From Acholeplasmataceae bacterium UBA5617 (GTDB lineage Bacteria > Bacillota_I > Bacilli_A > Acholeplasmatales > Acholeplasmataceae): a DNA stretch of 59,019 nucleotides. Location: the NCBI GenBank assembly GCA_002424575.1, contig DIKN01000009.1:1-59019 (forward strand), given 5' to 3'. The notes beneath the pieces were generated by a model. That model was given only the letters and a program-made list of their open reading frames with translations. It made no database searches and was not told the DNA's origin. Made by a program: the position numbers and the translations under genes. Below, piece after piece: positions 1 to 10,776 of the stretch (within the stretch, counting starts at the first letter, position 1; the number at the start of each line of letters is the position of its first letter).

Positions 1-1273
1 ACGTGATAGACTCTACATGTACAGTATTTGAGAACATATCAACACCCATGACATGTTCAATCTTATAAAACTTAGCAAGTTGTGCTAAGTCTCTTACCTG
101 AGTCTCCGGTTCACATGATATATAGACAATGCGTTTAGGTCTTAACTTCATCACAGCATTCAAAAAGCGTGGTGATGCTCCTTCACGTGTCGGATCCATG
201 ATTAATCCATCAACGGAGCCTTGATAATGCATCATAAATCCTTCAACATCGTCATGCACAAACGTTACGTTGTCGATCTGATTCATTTTACGATTAGCCA
301 GTGCATCCTGATGTGCTTTAACGTTGCTTTCAATGGCAATTACCTGTTTTGCTTTTTGAGCTGCTAAAAGAGAAAGTGTTCCTATACCTGAATAGGTATC
401 AAAAATAATATCACGTGTTGAAATATTTAAAAGTTCAATCGCATGTTGATAGAGTTTCATCATCTGAAGCGGATTGATCTGATAAAATGAACGTGCTGAA
501 AGTCTAAACTGAAGATCATCAATACGATCAAAAATAAACCCAGAACCATAGAGTATTTTTTCTTCTTCAAGAAGAACCAATCGTGTATTTTTTCGATGGA
601 TATTTTGCATGATAGTTGTCACTTGTGGATGCTTTTCTCTGATCTGTGCGATGATATCTTTAACATGAGGTAAAATATGACCTTGGGTCACTAAGACAAC
701 CATCAGGGTGTGATCATGAAAACTTTTTCTGATGAATACATGCTTAAAAATACCTTGTTTAGTTTCCACATCATATGCTTTAATCTTGTATTGATTGAGA
801 GCATCCTCAATTGTTTTTAAAATTTGATTGGTTTGCTCGTCGTGTAAGTAGCATGATAAAAATGGAATGACTTCTTTAGATTGATCACGGTAAAGCCCTA
901 AACGAAGTTGTGTTTTTACCATGGTTGCTGACAACACAACTTTATGGCGATAGTGGAGTGGTTTAGGATTTGAAAGTACGGTGATTTTGGGTTGGTACTG
1001 TAAAGATTTAAAAAGATCGCTGAGATATTTTTCCTTCATTTTGATTTGTTCATCATAAACGATATGAAGAAAGTCACAACCTCCACACGTATGAAAAATC
1101 GGACAAATCACCTTTTGCCGTTTAGGTGATTTGATGATGAGATCATTTTCTTCAATCACTTTTTTCGGTGATGTAAGTTCAGCTTCTTCACCAGGCAAAA
1201 AATAACGGACATCCGTTTTCGGTTCAGTCATCGGTATATTCATTTTTCTTAAACCAAGGCAGCGTATTTTCAT
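1..1273 (-). CDS. rlmD: 23S rRNA (uracil-C5)-methyltransferase RlmD/RumA family, 3' end truncated by window edge
   Basis: Not in the ORF track. Manual translation from ATG at 1273: MKIRCLG...FLPGEEA...CPIFHTCGGCDFLH (Fe-S cysteines), plus DPTREG, VYISC (catalytic Cys) and DMF..TVHVE near the edge. Confidence 0.9.
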   Translation of the reverse strand, partial: MKIRCLGLRKMNIPMTEPKTDVRYFLPGEEAELTSPKKVIEENDLIIKSPKRQKVICPIFHTCGGCDFLHIVYDEQIKMKEKYLSDLFKSLQYQPKITVLSNPKPLHYRHKVVLSATMVKTQLRLGLYRDQSKEVIPFLSCYLHDEQTNQILKTIEDALNQYKIKAYDVETKQGIFKHVFIRKSFHDHTLMVVLVTQGHILPHVKDIIAQIREKHPQVTTIMQNIHRKNTRLVLLEEEKILYGSGFIFDRIDDLQFRLSARSFYQINPLQMMKLYQHAIELLNISTRDIIFDTYSGIGTLSLLAAQKAKQVIAIESNVKAHQDALANRKMNQIDNVTFVHDDVEGFMMHYQGSVDGLIMDPTREGASPRFLNAVMKLRPKRIVYISCEPETQVRDLAQLAKFYKIEHVMGVDMFSNTVHVESIT

Positions 1274-1288
1274 AGATTCCTATCATGT

Positions 1289-1307
1289 AAAAAGGGCATG
1301 GCCCTTT
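1289..1307 (-). terminator. Probable intrinsic terminator after acyltransferase
   Basis: AAAGGGC-atg-GCCCTTT hairpin with T-run on the minus strand. Confidence 0.6.
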
Positions 1308-1311
1308 AAGG

Positions 1312-2568
1312 TTATGCGTTGAGATGTTGACTCTTTTTCAAGTTGTCCTTCTCAATTTTGTATAGTTCTTCGACTGCAAAATGCAATTTGGTAACCACAT
1401 TCTTCTTATTCTTGAAATAGATATAGTAGGTATCATCCAATGTCGATAAATCGATACAATCACCTTTCCCAAAATAATCATATTCAATATGTAAGGAATA
1501 GAGTGATAAGGGTTCTTTAATTAATGTCAAGGGTTTCCCCATTTCTTGACCCGTTAACACGAAGCCTTGTCGATTGTGAACAAGATGACCATCGCCTAAA
1601 TCGATGTAACCTTTTGCATTGGGTAACGAATCGATCCTTACATCATCTTCGATGTGATAGTTACCATCAAGAATTTGTTTTCTTACCTGCTCACGTTCAA
1701 ACTCATACCAGTCAGGAATGTGTGAAAATTCAGTTTCACCTTCTGTTGCGTGAAGTTTACCGTATTCATCCATTTCATATGATTTCTTGCAAGCGTTGCA
1801 CCATATCATGTTTTTATCAGATGCCATTTCATGCTCTTTCAAACAATGGGGGCACTGATAGAGAACTTTATGAAGATTTTTTGCGCGATTTGGATCATCA
1901 ATTTTAATTTTGTTATCAAATTGCCATGTGTACTCATCATAAACAAAGGCTTCATTGATTCGTTTGTTGATCTCGTCTAAAGTGATGGACTCGATGTCCT
2001 CTTTGGTGATGATTTGTGTCATGTCTGCAGCCAATGGATTTTTTCGTTCTTTCAAGTTCCACACAGGCTGAGAAAGATAATTACCATGCATATTTAAAAC
2101 AACAACCGGATGCTTCATTAACTTAACAATTTTCCCCAATGAGTCAGGTAAAATTGCAGTTGTTCCGACGAGCGAATAGCGTGCTTCAGGATAGATTGCG
2201 ACGATATACTTGAGTTTTTCAAGACTATATTTGATCTGTTTGACCAATTTGGTATCATTGGTAAATTTTCGCTTACCGATACCACCGACATTACGTAGCA
2301 ACCACTCACGACCGATAAAACCATCGATCGCTACGATATAATTCGCACGATGAGGGAATATCGCTGCTGTGGTCACTTTGAAATCGATAAATGCGTGATG
2401 TGTACAGAGCAACAAGTAGGGTGGCTTTAAGCCTTTCATATTGACTTTATTGATTTTAAGTTTTCTCTTCCATACGGCTGGAAAACTTAAAAGGTATGCT
2501 AAAGGTGTTAAAAAGAATTTTTCCTTTTTGGGTTTCATGTCAAAATCAAAACGCTTAATCTGATCCAT
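1312..2568 (-). CDS. PlsC-like lysophospholipid acyltransferase with C-terminal Cys4 (zinc-ribbon-like) extension
   Basis: HHAFID (HX4D), IYPEA block, CPHC...CNAC. ATG 2568 preceded by GAGGA. Confidence 0.8.
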   Translation of the reverse strand: MDQIKRFDFDMKPKKEKFFLTPLAYLLSFPAVWKRKLKINKVNMKGLKPPYLLLCTHHAFIDFKVTTAAIFPHRANYIVAIDGFIGREWLLRNVGGIGKRKFTNDTKLVKQIKYSLEKLKYIVAIYPEARYSLVGTTAILPDSLGKIVKLMKHPVVVLNMHGNYLSQPVWNLKERKNPLAADMTQIITKEDIESITLDEINKRINEAFVYDEYTWQFDNKIKIDDPNRAKNLHKVLYQCPHCLKEHEMASDKNMIWCNACKKSYEMDEYGKLHATEGETEFSHIPDWYEFEREQVRKQILDGNYHIEDDVRIDSLPNAKGYIDLGDGHLVHNRQGFVLTGQEMGKPLTLIKEPLSLYSLHIEYDYFGKGDCIDLSTLDDTYYIYFKNKKNVVTKLHFAVEELYKIEKDNLKKSQHLNA

Positions 2569-2651
2569 CAATCGATCCTCATTTCATCATTTACTCTCAT
2601 TATATCATCCATTGTCTGAAGATGTTCGGACATCTTTGGTTGTTTTGAAGT

Positions 2652-3542
2652 TCAAAGAAGACAAACCTGATTTTTTCCCTGTTTCTTAGCGCGATACATG
2701 GCTTGATCCGCACGTTTAATAGCTTCTTTTATTTGCTCTTGATTTTTAACAAGCGTTGCTCCTATAGAAACGGTCACCTTCATGGGATGCTCTTGATAAC
2801 GTATGTGACTTTGTGCAATTAATGCGCAAAGCATTTCAGCAACATTTAACATATTTTCTTCGCTCACATCGAGTAAAATAACAACGATTTCTTCTCCACC
2901 ATAGCGCACCACCACATCTTTTTGTTTGAGCTGGTATAAAATCGTTTTTGCGACTGTGCGAAGAACCACATCACCATAATCATGACCAAAAGTATCATTA
3001 AACGTTTTAAAATTATCAATATCTATAAATAGAATCCCGATATTCGAGTGACCATGAAGATCGAGATGACCATCTAAACGATCGGTTAAAAAACGACGTT
3101 GATAGAGTCCAGTCAAAGGATCAATGAAACTCATCTGTTTCAACAATGCAATCTCTTCTTGCATGAGGTTCTTTTCAGTATCATCAGTGAAGACTTCAAT
3201 CGCACCGACGACGTCTCCATCTTCGATGATGGGAATTGCACGAACATGAACACGTACCCGATACCCTAATTTATGATGCAAATAAACAATATGATCTGTT
3301 ACAACATTTTCACGGATTGCATGGGTTAATGGACATCCTGAAAAACATAGATTTTTGCCTTTTTCATCCACATGATTCAAGATGTTGTCGTAACAAAAAA
3401 ATCCTTCTGTTTCTTCCTGTGAGAAACCCGAAATGAGCGATGCAATGGGATTAAAATAGAGAATCTTTCGATCTTTATTGACGATATAGATCGCTTCATG
3501 AAAAGATTCAAAAACACGTTTATACTGTTCTAACTGTTCCAT
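2652..3542 (-). CDS. PAS-GGDEF diguanylate cyclase
   Basis: N-terminal PAS; DPLTGL, DIDNFKTFNDTFGHDYGD, RYGGEE, ADQAMYRAK. ATG 3542 with GAGGT RBS. Confidence 0.9.
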   Translation of the reverse strand: MEQLEQYKRVFESFHEAIYIVNKDRKILYFNPIASLISGFSQEETEGFFCYDNILNHVDEKGKNLCFSGCPLTHAIRENVVTDHIVYLHHKLGYRVRVHVRAIPIIEDGDVVGAIEVFTDDTEKNLMQEEIALLKQMSFIDPLTGLYQRRFLTDRLDGHLDLHGHSNIGILFIDIDNFKTFNDTFGHDYGDVVLRTVAKTILYQLKQKDVVVRYGGEEIVVILLDVSEENMLNVAEMLCALIAQSHIRYQEHPMKVTVSIGATLVKNQEQIKEAIKRADQAMYRAKKQGKNQVCLL

Positions 3543-3544
3543 GT

Positions 3545-6376
3545 TTACCTCTTTTGAAAACCTTGTCTTTTTTGGCTTCCCCATGATCCTTTTTCACGAA
3601 GAGCTGAGAATGTGGAAATCACACGATGTAGCGATGTCATTTGCCGATACCCAAAGTTTTCGATGATACCGACAAGAATAAGCATGGCTGTTTCTTGGTT
3701 GGAGTAGAAAATCTGTTTTCGTTCTGCAATCCACAGTGAAAAAAGTGAGATCACAATGCCATAACCGATGGTTGCCACAAAGAGCATGATGACGAGAGCA
3801 TTATTCAAGAGACCAAGAACGAGTCCTGCAATCAACGCAAGATAACCTATCAATTCTATAAATGGACCAATCATTTCGAAGATGAAGAAATAAGGAAAAG
3901 CAATGAGACCTGGTTGCTTGAAATGAGGATTAAAAAGCATCTTGCGATGGTAACTCAATATGTCGAGTAGCCCACGTTGCCATCGATTGCGCTGTTTCAA
4001 TAAACTCTTATAATCGGAGGGTAACTCCGTATAGCAGTTGGCATGATGCACATAAGATACACGATATTTTATTTTTTCAAGTAGGGCTTGATAGGTGAGT
4101 CGAACCACGAGTTCCATATCTTCGCCTACCGTGTCCTTTTTGAGATCACCACTGATGGTTAAATAGCCACCCGTTTTAATCAAAGCTTTACGCTGAAATA
4201 GCCCAAATGCTCCTGAAATGATGAGCAGACTGTTCAGTTTCGACCAGCCAATTCGACCGGTTGTAAACGCACGAAGGTATTCAATGGTTTGAAACCGAAC
4301 AATGCCTTTTTTACCCAATCCTTGATGCTCAATTTTACCTTGATCGACAACACAACCATTGACGGGGACAATGTTGCCACCCAACGCAAGATGTTCTTTG
4401 TTGTCATCAAGTGTTACACTCATCAGTTTTAACAAGGCATCTTCTTCAAGTAATGAATCAGCATCGATACCACATACATAATCATGTCTCGCTGCATTGA
4501 TACCAAGATTTAACGCATCAGCTTTACCACCATTTTGTTTATCAATGACAACGAGATTAGGAATGTGACGATTGATATATACGCCACGAAGTGCTTTCGT
4601 GTTAATCGGTCGCTTAAAAAATGGATGTTTTCTTTCAAGCTCAAAATGCTCAATTAATGCATCTATCGTTTTATCCTTTGAACCATCATTGACAACAATG
4701 ACCTCATAAGTCGGGTATTTGAGATTGAGCAGTGATGTCACACTCTCAATGATACTCTTTTCTTCGTTGTATGCAGGAGCGATGATTGAAATAGAGGGTA
4801 ACAATCCATGTTCAAACAATAAGGTTTCTCTTTTCATGTTCCATAAATGGATACGATCACTTGCCCCTCGAATCGATAAAATCAAGAGTGTTAAATATAT
4901 TGAATTGACGGTCATGAAATAAACAACAAGATAGCGGTTGATATTGATGATTAAAACAATACCTAGGTTAACTTCACCACGAAAAATCGGCCCAACATTG
5001 AATAAAAATGCCAGAAGAGGTAATAAAATAACACCCAGTGATACCCAAAGTGAAATCCAAATAATCTTATCTTTTTCAAGCGGTGATTTCTCACGTGGTA
5101 TGACAGGTTGAGGCTTTTTCAATAACCCCAGTCTTTTTAAGATGTCGTCTTTCCCATATATTTGGAACTGATCAAGTATATAAAGATCTTTTGATGCATA
5201 TTTTTTGATCAATGGAAGATAAATCTTTTCAAGTGATTGATCCTTATTGTGGTTTACAAAATCGATGAAGTCTTCGATGATGTGAAGTTCCATAATCATA
5301 TCAAGTATGTTCATGATATAATCATATCCCCCACCTTTTAGTTTTAATATAAGATAATCAATTTTCTGGGACAATATGCGTGCGATCATCTGTTTAATCA
5401 ATCGCGATGACTGCTTCGCATACTGTTCGATCAAAATGAGTAACATATCTTTTGAATCATAGGCAATTTGTGAGAGGGCTGCGGTGATTTCACTTTCGAA
5501 TTTAGCATCTTGATACAAATCAAGTAAACGAAAAATCATTGTTTCTTCATGAATCTCACCACACGCCATGATGGCTTTTCTTATCACCCAGTCCTCTTCA
5601 TGATGCAAAAATGTATCGTCCATTAAGAGCTGTGGATATTGCATTCTGATAACATCAAGTGCCTTTTTACGAAGATCAATGACACTGACCGCTTCGCGAA
5701 AGATTCTTAATGCATATTCTTTGAGTTTATTTTCTAAATGCCTATTGGCTAATTCAAGAATCAAATAAGCAATCTCGATGCGTTGATCTAGGTAAATCAA
5801 ATTGGTAAAAGGTTTGATGGACGTATAGTGATTCGCAAGCAAGACGCGCATCCAGCGCTGATAGTGCAATGAAGACCCAATCAATGACTCAATCATATCA
5901 TCAAACGTGGATTGATCCATGTGCTCGATCAGATGAAAAGCTAGAAAGAACCGAACACTTTCGTTTTTTTCATGCTTGAATTGACGTTTGAGTGCAGATA
6001 TAGCCTCATCTGTTTTGAGTTGTGCAATATAGAAAATGGCTAATCTGCGAATAACCGATCGATGTGCTTTTAATCTTCTAAATTGTCGTTTGGTAAATGA
6101 CATGTTCATCAGATCAGAAACGATAGACTTACGTACGTCAACATCGATTGTAACTTGTGTTTCGATATCGATAAACACATCAAAAAAGAACCGATTTTTA
6201 AAGTTCTTCTTGACTTGTTGACCATCAAAATATTTAGCGAAAACAAAATCACGAACAACACCTTGCAAATGATGTTCTTTTTGAAGGACCCACTTTTGAA
6301 TGATAATCATGTCAATCAGTAAAAAGATGATCGCAACAAACACCAAACAGATCAATATAGCTTGTTCAAGTGTCAT
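3545..6376 (-). CDS. Processive GT2 glycosyltransferase (IcaA/PgaC/chitin-synthase-like) fused to N-terminal HEAT-like repeats
   Basis: PAYNEE, NDGSKD, NGGKADALN, IDADS, VGEDMEL, QRNRW; TM helices flank the catalytic domain; helical repeat N-terminal half. Confidence 0.88.
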   Translation of the reverse strand: MTLEQAILICLVFVAIIFLLIDMIIIQKWVLQKEHHLQGVVRDFVFAKYFDGQQVKKNFKNRFFFDVFIDIETQVTIDVDVRKSIVSDLMNMSFTKRQFRRLKAHRSVIRRLAIFYIAQLKTDEAISALKRQFKHEKNESVRFFLAFHLIEHMDQSTFDDMIESLIGSSLHYQRWMRVLLANHYTSIKPFTNLIYLDQRIEIAYLILELANRHLENKLKEYALRIFREAVSVIDLRKKALDVIRMQYPQLLMDDTFLHHEEDWVIRKAIMACGEIHEETMIFRLLDLYQDAKFESEITAALSQIAYDSKDMLLILIEQYAKQSSRLIKQMIARILSQKIDYLILKLKGGGYDYIMNILDMIMELHIIEDFIDFVNHNKDQSLEKIYLPLIKKYASKDLYILDQFQIYGKDDILKRLGLLKKPQPVIPREKSPLEKDKIIWISLWVSLGVILLPLLAFLFNVGPIFRGEVNLGIVLIININRYLVVYFMTVNSIYLTLLILSIRGASDRIHLWNMKRETLLFEHGLLPSISIIAPAYNEEKSIIESVTSLLNLKYPTYEVIVVNDGSKDKTIDALIEHFELERKHPFFKRPINTKALRGVYINRHIPNLVVIDKQNGGKADALNLGINAARHDYVCGIDADSLLEEDALLKLMSVTLDDNKEHLALGGNIVPVNGCVVDQGKIEHQGLGKKGIVRFQTIEYLRAFTTGRIGWSKLNSLLIISGAFGLFQRKALIKTGGYLTISGDLKKDTVGEDMELVVRLTYQALLEKIKYRVSYVHHANCYTELPSDYKSLLKQRNRWQRGLLDILSYHRKMLFNPHFKQPGLIAFPYFFIFEMIGPFIELIGYLALIAGLVLGLLNNALVIMLFVATIGYGIVISLFSLWIAERKQIFYSNQETAMLILVGIIENFGYRQMTSLHRVISTFSALREKGSWGSQKRQGFQKR

Positions 6377-8394
6377 TATTTCACCCGATCTTTCATCCGT
6401 TTCACATGTCCGATTAATTCTTCAGGTGTAATGGGTTTTTCTAAAATGAGATCGACATCGAGCATGTTTCCTCGTTTGATGTTGTCGACCGTTTTGTTGT
6501 GAGAAACCATAATAAAAGGAACTTTCCGAAAAGCTTTGGATTCATTCATCATCATTTTGAGTTGAAAACCATCCATTTTTGATAGGTTAATTTCTGAAAT
6601 AACTAAATCGATGGGTCGTTTTTCTAAAATCTTATACGCCTCAATCACAGAGTCCGCTAAAATCACGTCGTACTTGATACGTTTAAACAAACGATAAAGC
6701 ATATTGCGGTTGACTTCATCTTGGTCAACGAGTAGAATTGCACCTTCGGTTTGTTCAGGCAATTCAACGGACTCATCGATAATCGAACCATGACCCGTAA
6801 TTTTGGCGAAAGCCATTCGTTTTTCGAGTGTTTTGAAAAGGAAAGCTAACCGATCTTCTAAAATTAGACTAGGATCTACTTCGGTGCATGTCACAACAGC
6901 GATTGATGCCGTGACCTCTTCAATAAAATTGGTCGATTCTGCAACTGCATTTCTAAAACGTACCGCTTCATTGATGATGTTTGATTTATTATCTTCTTGA
7001 ATTAGGGCAAAAACACCTGGACCATTTTGTTTAAAAAGCATGACATGATCCTTTTTAGCTTGATCAAGAACATACACGAGATTTCTTAAAGATTCGTCAC
7101 CGGTATCTTTCCCATAACGTCGATTAATTTGTAACAATTGATCCAAGTGAATCAACATGAGTCCCCGTGTTTTACCTGTAGAAGCAGGAGTAGAGAAATG
7201 TTCAATCATCATTTGCTTCAAAATATCTTGAACATATAGGTGAGTTAATGGATCACGGATAACTTGGTCTTTAGCTTCTTCAATCTGTTTCATTAATATA
7301 ATTAGATTTGACTCGAGTTCCTGTTTTGTAACTTCTAATAGTCGAGCTTCTTCTTTAAGTTTTAATGCTTCTGTTCGATAGATGGAAGGCAGTTCTAAAT
7401 GGTAGCGTTCCATCAACTTTTGCATCGTCGGTTCCATCAACGTTAACCATGCCATACCTCGTTTCGCGTAAACATGATCAAAAAATTGATGCCACATTTT
7501 GTAATTAACGAGTGATGTCTTCTTGACCAATAGAGATTCGCTATCCAGATGAAAGGGTGAACCCACAAATGTATTAAGAATTTCGATGCGAGGAAAATGT
7601 TTATTCAAGGCTGCAATCAAATGATTGATCACCTCGATGTGGTTCACTTCTTGAGGTGCATTACCAATTCGACTATTCATGTAATAGTTGTTGTGAAAAT
7701 CAATTTGCTTCATCAAATCTATTATCGGCTGTACCATGCGTGAGTCAATCATATAACCATAGGTTGGTAAAATAACGGATGGATGAAGCGTTTCAATTTG
7801 ACGAATAATGGGCTTCACATAATCCGAAGAAGGCATCATTTCTTTATGATAGGTAAAAATCAGTCGTTCGAGATTGCTCAGTTCAGGTTGATCCTCACCT
7901 TGGTAATAGGAAGACATGAGATGCGATGTAAAAATGACTTTCGTCTCAGGTTCAACAACAATAAACATATCGGGAAAGGGTAAAAATACCATAGATATGA
8001 ATGACAATAGCGTTTGTTGGTCGATAATCAATTGTTGATTCAACTCTTCAATGGTGACGATTTTAATGGGCAACAATGCGTTTTTAATCTGACGCGCCAT
8101 AAAGGCATTGGTGATCAGTGTGCCTTTAAAACCTTCATCGATGATGTCTATAATCACATTGATTGAAGACATCATCATATTTTGAATAATGATGTAATCG
8201 ATTTGATTGATTTCGGTATGCTTTTGTATCGCTAATTTCATCAAATCAGCAACTTGAATAGGCGCAAGGTCAATCAGGATTTTGACATTTTCTTTTTCAA
8301 GATAATATAGATTAACCGCATGCGACGCATCGACAATAAAAGGTCCCAAAGGAAGGACCTTGATGCTCTTTTTGATAGGAGTTGTTTTATTCAT
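6376..8394 (-). CDS. Multidomain signalling protein: degenerate MBL-fold (ODP/FprA-like) domain, coiled coil, degenerate GGDEF, atypical receiver
   Basis: RDPLTHL and INRRYGKDTGDE (GGDEF scaffold with NGPGV at the active site); C-terminal REC LLVDQD...ISEINLSKMDG...KP; N-terminal MBL-like strands (ILID, YHKEMMPS, ILPTYG). Confidence 0.72.
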   Translation of the reverse strand: MNKTTPIKKSIKVLPLGPFIVDASHAVNLYYLEKENVKILIDLAPIQVADLMKLAIQKHTEINQIDYIIIQNMMMSSINVIIDIIDEGFKGTLITNAFMARQIKNALLPIKIVTIEELNQQLIIDQQTLLSFISMVFLPFPDMFIVVEPETKVIFTSHLMSSYYQGEDQPELSNLERLIFTYHKEMMPSSDYVKPIIRQIETLHPSVILPTYGYMIDSRMVQPIIDLMKQIDFHNNYYMNSRIGNAPQEVNHIEVINHLIAALNKHFPRIEILNTFVGSPFHLDSESLLVKKTSLVNYKMWHQFFDHVYAKRGMAWLTLMEPTMQKLMERYHLELPSIYRTEALKLKEEARLLEVTKQELESNLIILMKQIEEAKDQVIRDPLTHLYVQDILKQMMIEHFSTPASTGKTRGLMLIHLDQLLQINRRYGKDTGDESLRNLVYVLDQAKKDHVMLFKQNGPGVFALIQEDNKSNIINEAVRFRNAVAESTNFIEEVTASIAVVTCTEVDPSLILEDRLAFLFKTLEKRMAFAKITGHGSIIDESVELPEQTEGAILLVDQDEVNRNMLYRLFKRIKYDVILADSVIEAYKILEKRPIDLVISEINLSKMDGFQLKMMMNESKAFRKVPFIMVSHNKTVDNIKRGNMLDVDLILEKPITPEELIGHVKRMKDRVK

Positions 8395-8465
8395 CGTAAC
8401 ACCTCACCTTATTTATCCTCATTTTAACACAAAAAGAGTATAGATAATGGTGTTTTAACTATACT

Positions 8466-9635
8466 TTATACAATGGACATCTCTTTTGCTGTGATAAACA
8501 TGATTTCTGATGCACGTTTCAACATCTCATGGGTATGAAGTGCAGAAACCATGCAACGAACTCGTGCTTTTCCTTTAGGAACGGTCGGGAAAACAATTCC
8601 TGACACATAAACCCCTCGCTTGAGGAGTTCTTTTGAAAACAACATGGTTTTTGCTTCATCACCGATCATAATCGGTGTGATTGGTGTTTCACTATGGCCA
8701 ATATCAAACCCTTTTTCAAGTAAGAGTTTCTTGAAATACTTTGCATTGTCCCATAAACGATCAGTATATTCTGTGGTTTCTTCAAGCATCTTGAATGCTT
8801 CGATGATGGCTTCTGCCGCTGCAGGCATCATGGCTGTAGAAAAAAGCAGAGGTCTTCCACGGTGAAGCAACCACTCAATCGATGCATGTGTGCCACATAC
8901 GTAACCACCAACGACACCAATCGCTTTTGATAAAGTACCAATGATAAAATCGACTTGACCATGTAACCCGAAATGATCAACTGTTCCACGCCCAGAATGT
9001 CCGAGAACCCCTGAACCATGTGCATCATCCACATAGGTCATCGCATGATACTTTTTTGCGAGTTTCACGATTTCTGGAAGATTTGCGATATCACCATCCA
9101 TTGAAAAAACGCCATCCGTGATGATGAGAACCTGATTGAAAGCATTTCTTTTTTCGATGAGTACACGTTCAAGATCAACCATATCTGAATGTTTATAGAC
9201 CGCACGTGAGGCTTTTGAAAGCCTTACACCATCGATAATGGACGCGTGATTGAGTTCATCACTGATGATGAGATCCCCTTCTTCAGTGATTGCTTGAATC
9301 ACGCCTGCATTGCATGCAAAACCACTTTGAAAAACAAGCGCTCTTTCTTCGTGCTTGAACCGTGCAATCACTTGATCCAATGTTTCATGAACGCTCATAT
9401 TGCCTACGATTGTTCTTACAGCACCGGCACCAACCCCATACTTTTCAATAGCACGAATGGCTGCTTGTTTCAAGCGTGGATGATTGGCAAAGCCTAAGTA
9501 GTTGTTAGACGATAAGTTAATCACTTTGTGACCATTCAAGATGATTTCAGCTTCACAAGGACCTTCATTGATCGGCAAAATGCGATAGGTTCCATTTTGT
9601 TTAAGTTCAGCAATTTTTTGTTCAAACGTTGACAT
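8466..9635 (-). CDS. kbl: Glycine C-acetyltransferase (2-amino-3-ketobutyrate CoA ligase)
   Basis: [33 protein letters not shown] (PLP Lys); adjacent to tdh; AAGGAG RBS. Confidence 0.93.
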   Translation of the reverse strand: MSTFEQKIAELKQNGTYRILPINEGPCEAEIILNGHKVINLSSNNYLGFANHPRLKQAAIRAIEKYGVGAGAVRTIVGNMSVHETLDQVIARFKHEERALVFQSGFACNAGVIQAITEEGDLIISDELNHASIIDGVRLSKASRAVYKHSDMVDLERVLIEKRNAFNQVLIITDGVFSMDGDIANLPEIVKLAKKYHAMTYVDDAHGSGVLGHSGRGTVDHFGLHGQVDFIIGTLSKAIGVVGGYVCGTHASIEWLLHRGRPLLFSTAMMPAAAEAIIEAFKMLEETTEYTDRLWDNAKYFKKLLLEKGFDIGHSETPITPIMIGDEAKTMLFSKELLKRGVYVSGIVFPTVPKGKARVRCMVSALHTHEMLKRASEIMFITAKEMSIV

Positions 9636-10686
9636 TCTTTTCTCCTTCATCTAAGACAAGCACAACCTTGCCACTGTTGCCAGAAATCATGGTTGCCATC
9701 GCTTCTTCCATCTGATCAAATGGGAAAAAGTGGGTGATGATTTTTTCTAACTCAAGTTGTTTATGATGAATCATCGACGTCAATTGATCCCATGTTTCAA
9801 AGAGTCTTCGACCAACAACACCATAGATACTGACACCTTTAAAAACAATATCGTTAGATAAATCAATTTCAATCGTGGTTGGAACAATGCCTAAGAGAGA
9901 CATCTTCCCCCCTGCTTTCACGTATTTAAATGCTTGTTCAATCGCTTGTTTATTACCAGAAAACTCGGTGACGACATCAACACCACGACCATCGGTTTCT
10001 TCGAGAACACGTTTGATGACGTCTTCTTTAAGAGGGTTAATAACAACATGTGCTCCCAGTTCTTTCGCTAATCGGATTCGATAATCGTTAATTTCAATCG
10101 CAATAATCTTTTTTGAACCCATTGCTTTTGCAATGTTAACACCCATTAAACCGATCGGACCACATCCCACGACGGCGACCGTTTTATCCACGATATCAAA
10201 ATGCATCATGGTATGAACTGCATTGCCAAGAGGTTCCTGAATGGATAAATATTTAGGTTCAGTTTTGGTCTGATTGACAATCAAATTGTAAGCAGGCATC
10301 TTTGCATATTCGGCAAAACATCCATCGGTATCCACACCAATGATTTTGGTGTTTTCACAGATGTGATATTCACCACGTTTACAAAACTCACATGTTCCAC
10401 AGACAATGTGTGATTCAGCAGATACAATGTCACCCAGTTTTATGTTTTTGACATCACGACCAACCTTAATCACACGTCCTGAAAATTCATGACCAATCGT
10501 GAGTGGTGGTTTTATTCGACCTTGGCTCCATCGGTCCCATTTATAGATGTGGACGTCCGTTCCACAAATCGATGTGGCAAGAACCTTGATCAAAACTTCA
10601 TCAGATTTAATGTCATCTGGCACTTTTTTAGTGACCTTTTTAAATCCAACTTCACGAGCTTCTTTGATGTAAGCAGTCATTTCCAT
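9622..10686 (-). CDS. tdh: L-threonine 3-dehydrogenase
   Basis: [23 protein letters not shown] zinc site, [14 protein letters not shown]. Confidence 0.93.
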   Translation of the reverse strand: MEMTAYIKEAREVGFKKVTKKVPDDIKSDEVLIKVLATSICGTDVHIYKWDRWSQGRIKPPLTIGHEFSGRVIKVGRDVKNIKLGDIVSAESHIVCGTCEFCKRGEYHICENTKIIGVDTDGCFAEYAKMPAYNLIVNQTKTEPKYLSIQEPLGNAVHTMMHFDIVDKTVAVVGCGPIGLMGVNIAKAMGSKKIIAIEINDYRIRLAKELGAHVVINPLKEDVIKRVLEETDGRGVDVVTEFSGNKQAIEQAFKYVKAGGKMSLLGIVPTTIEIDLSNDIVFKGVSIYGVVGRRLFETWDQLTSMIHHKQLELEKIITHFFPFDQMEEAMATMISGNSGKVVLVLDEGEKNVNV

Positions 10687-10730
10687 AGTAAAAAAATCTC
10701 CTTTTGGCATCCATCGTGTCATGCAATACT

Positions 10731-10759
10731 ATTATACGCTGAAAGGGCTTACAATACCA
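10731..10759 (-). promoter_or_regulatory. tdh-kbl promoter with cre-like box in the spacer
   Basis: Minus strand TGGTAT-17-TATAAT; TGTAAGCCCTTTCA (10740-10753) is one mismatch from TGWAANCGNTNWCA. Confidence 0.6.
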
Positions 10760-10776
10760 TACCTTTGATGCCGTTT

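Noticed and set aside
2619-2636. AAGATGT-tcgg-ACATCTT hairpin as a c-di-GMP riboswitch or ncRNA
   Set aside because: Single short stem downstream of the cyclase with no GEMM architecture; more likely a weak terminator or stability hairpin.
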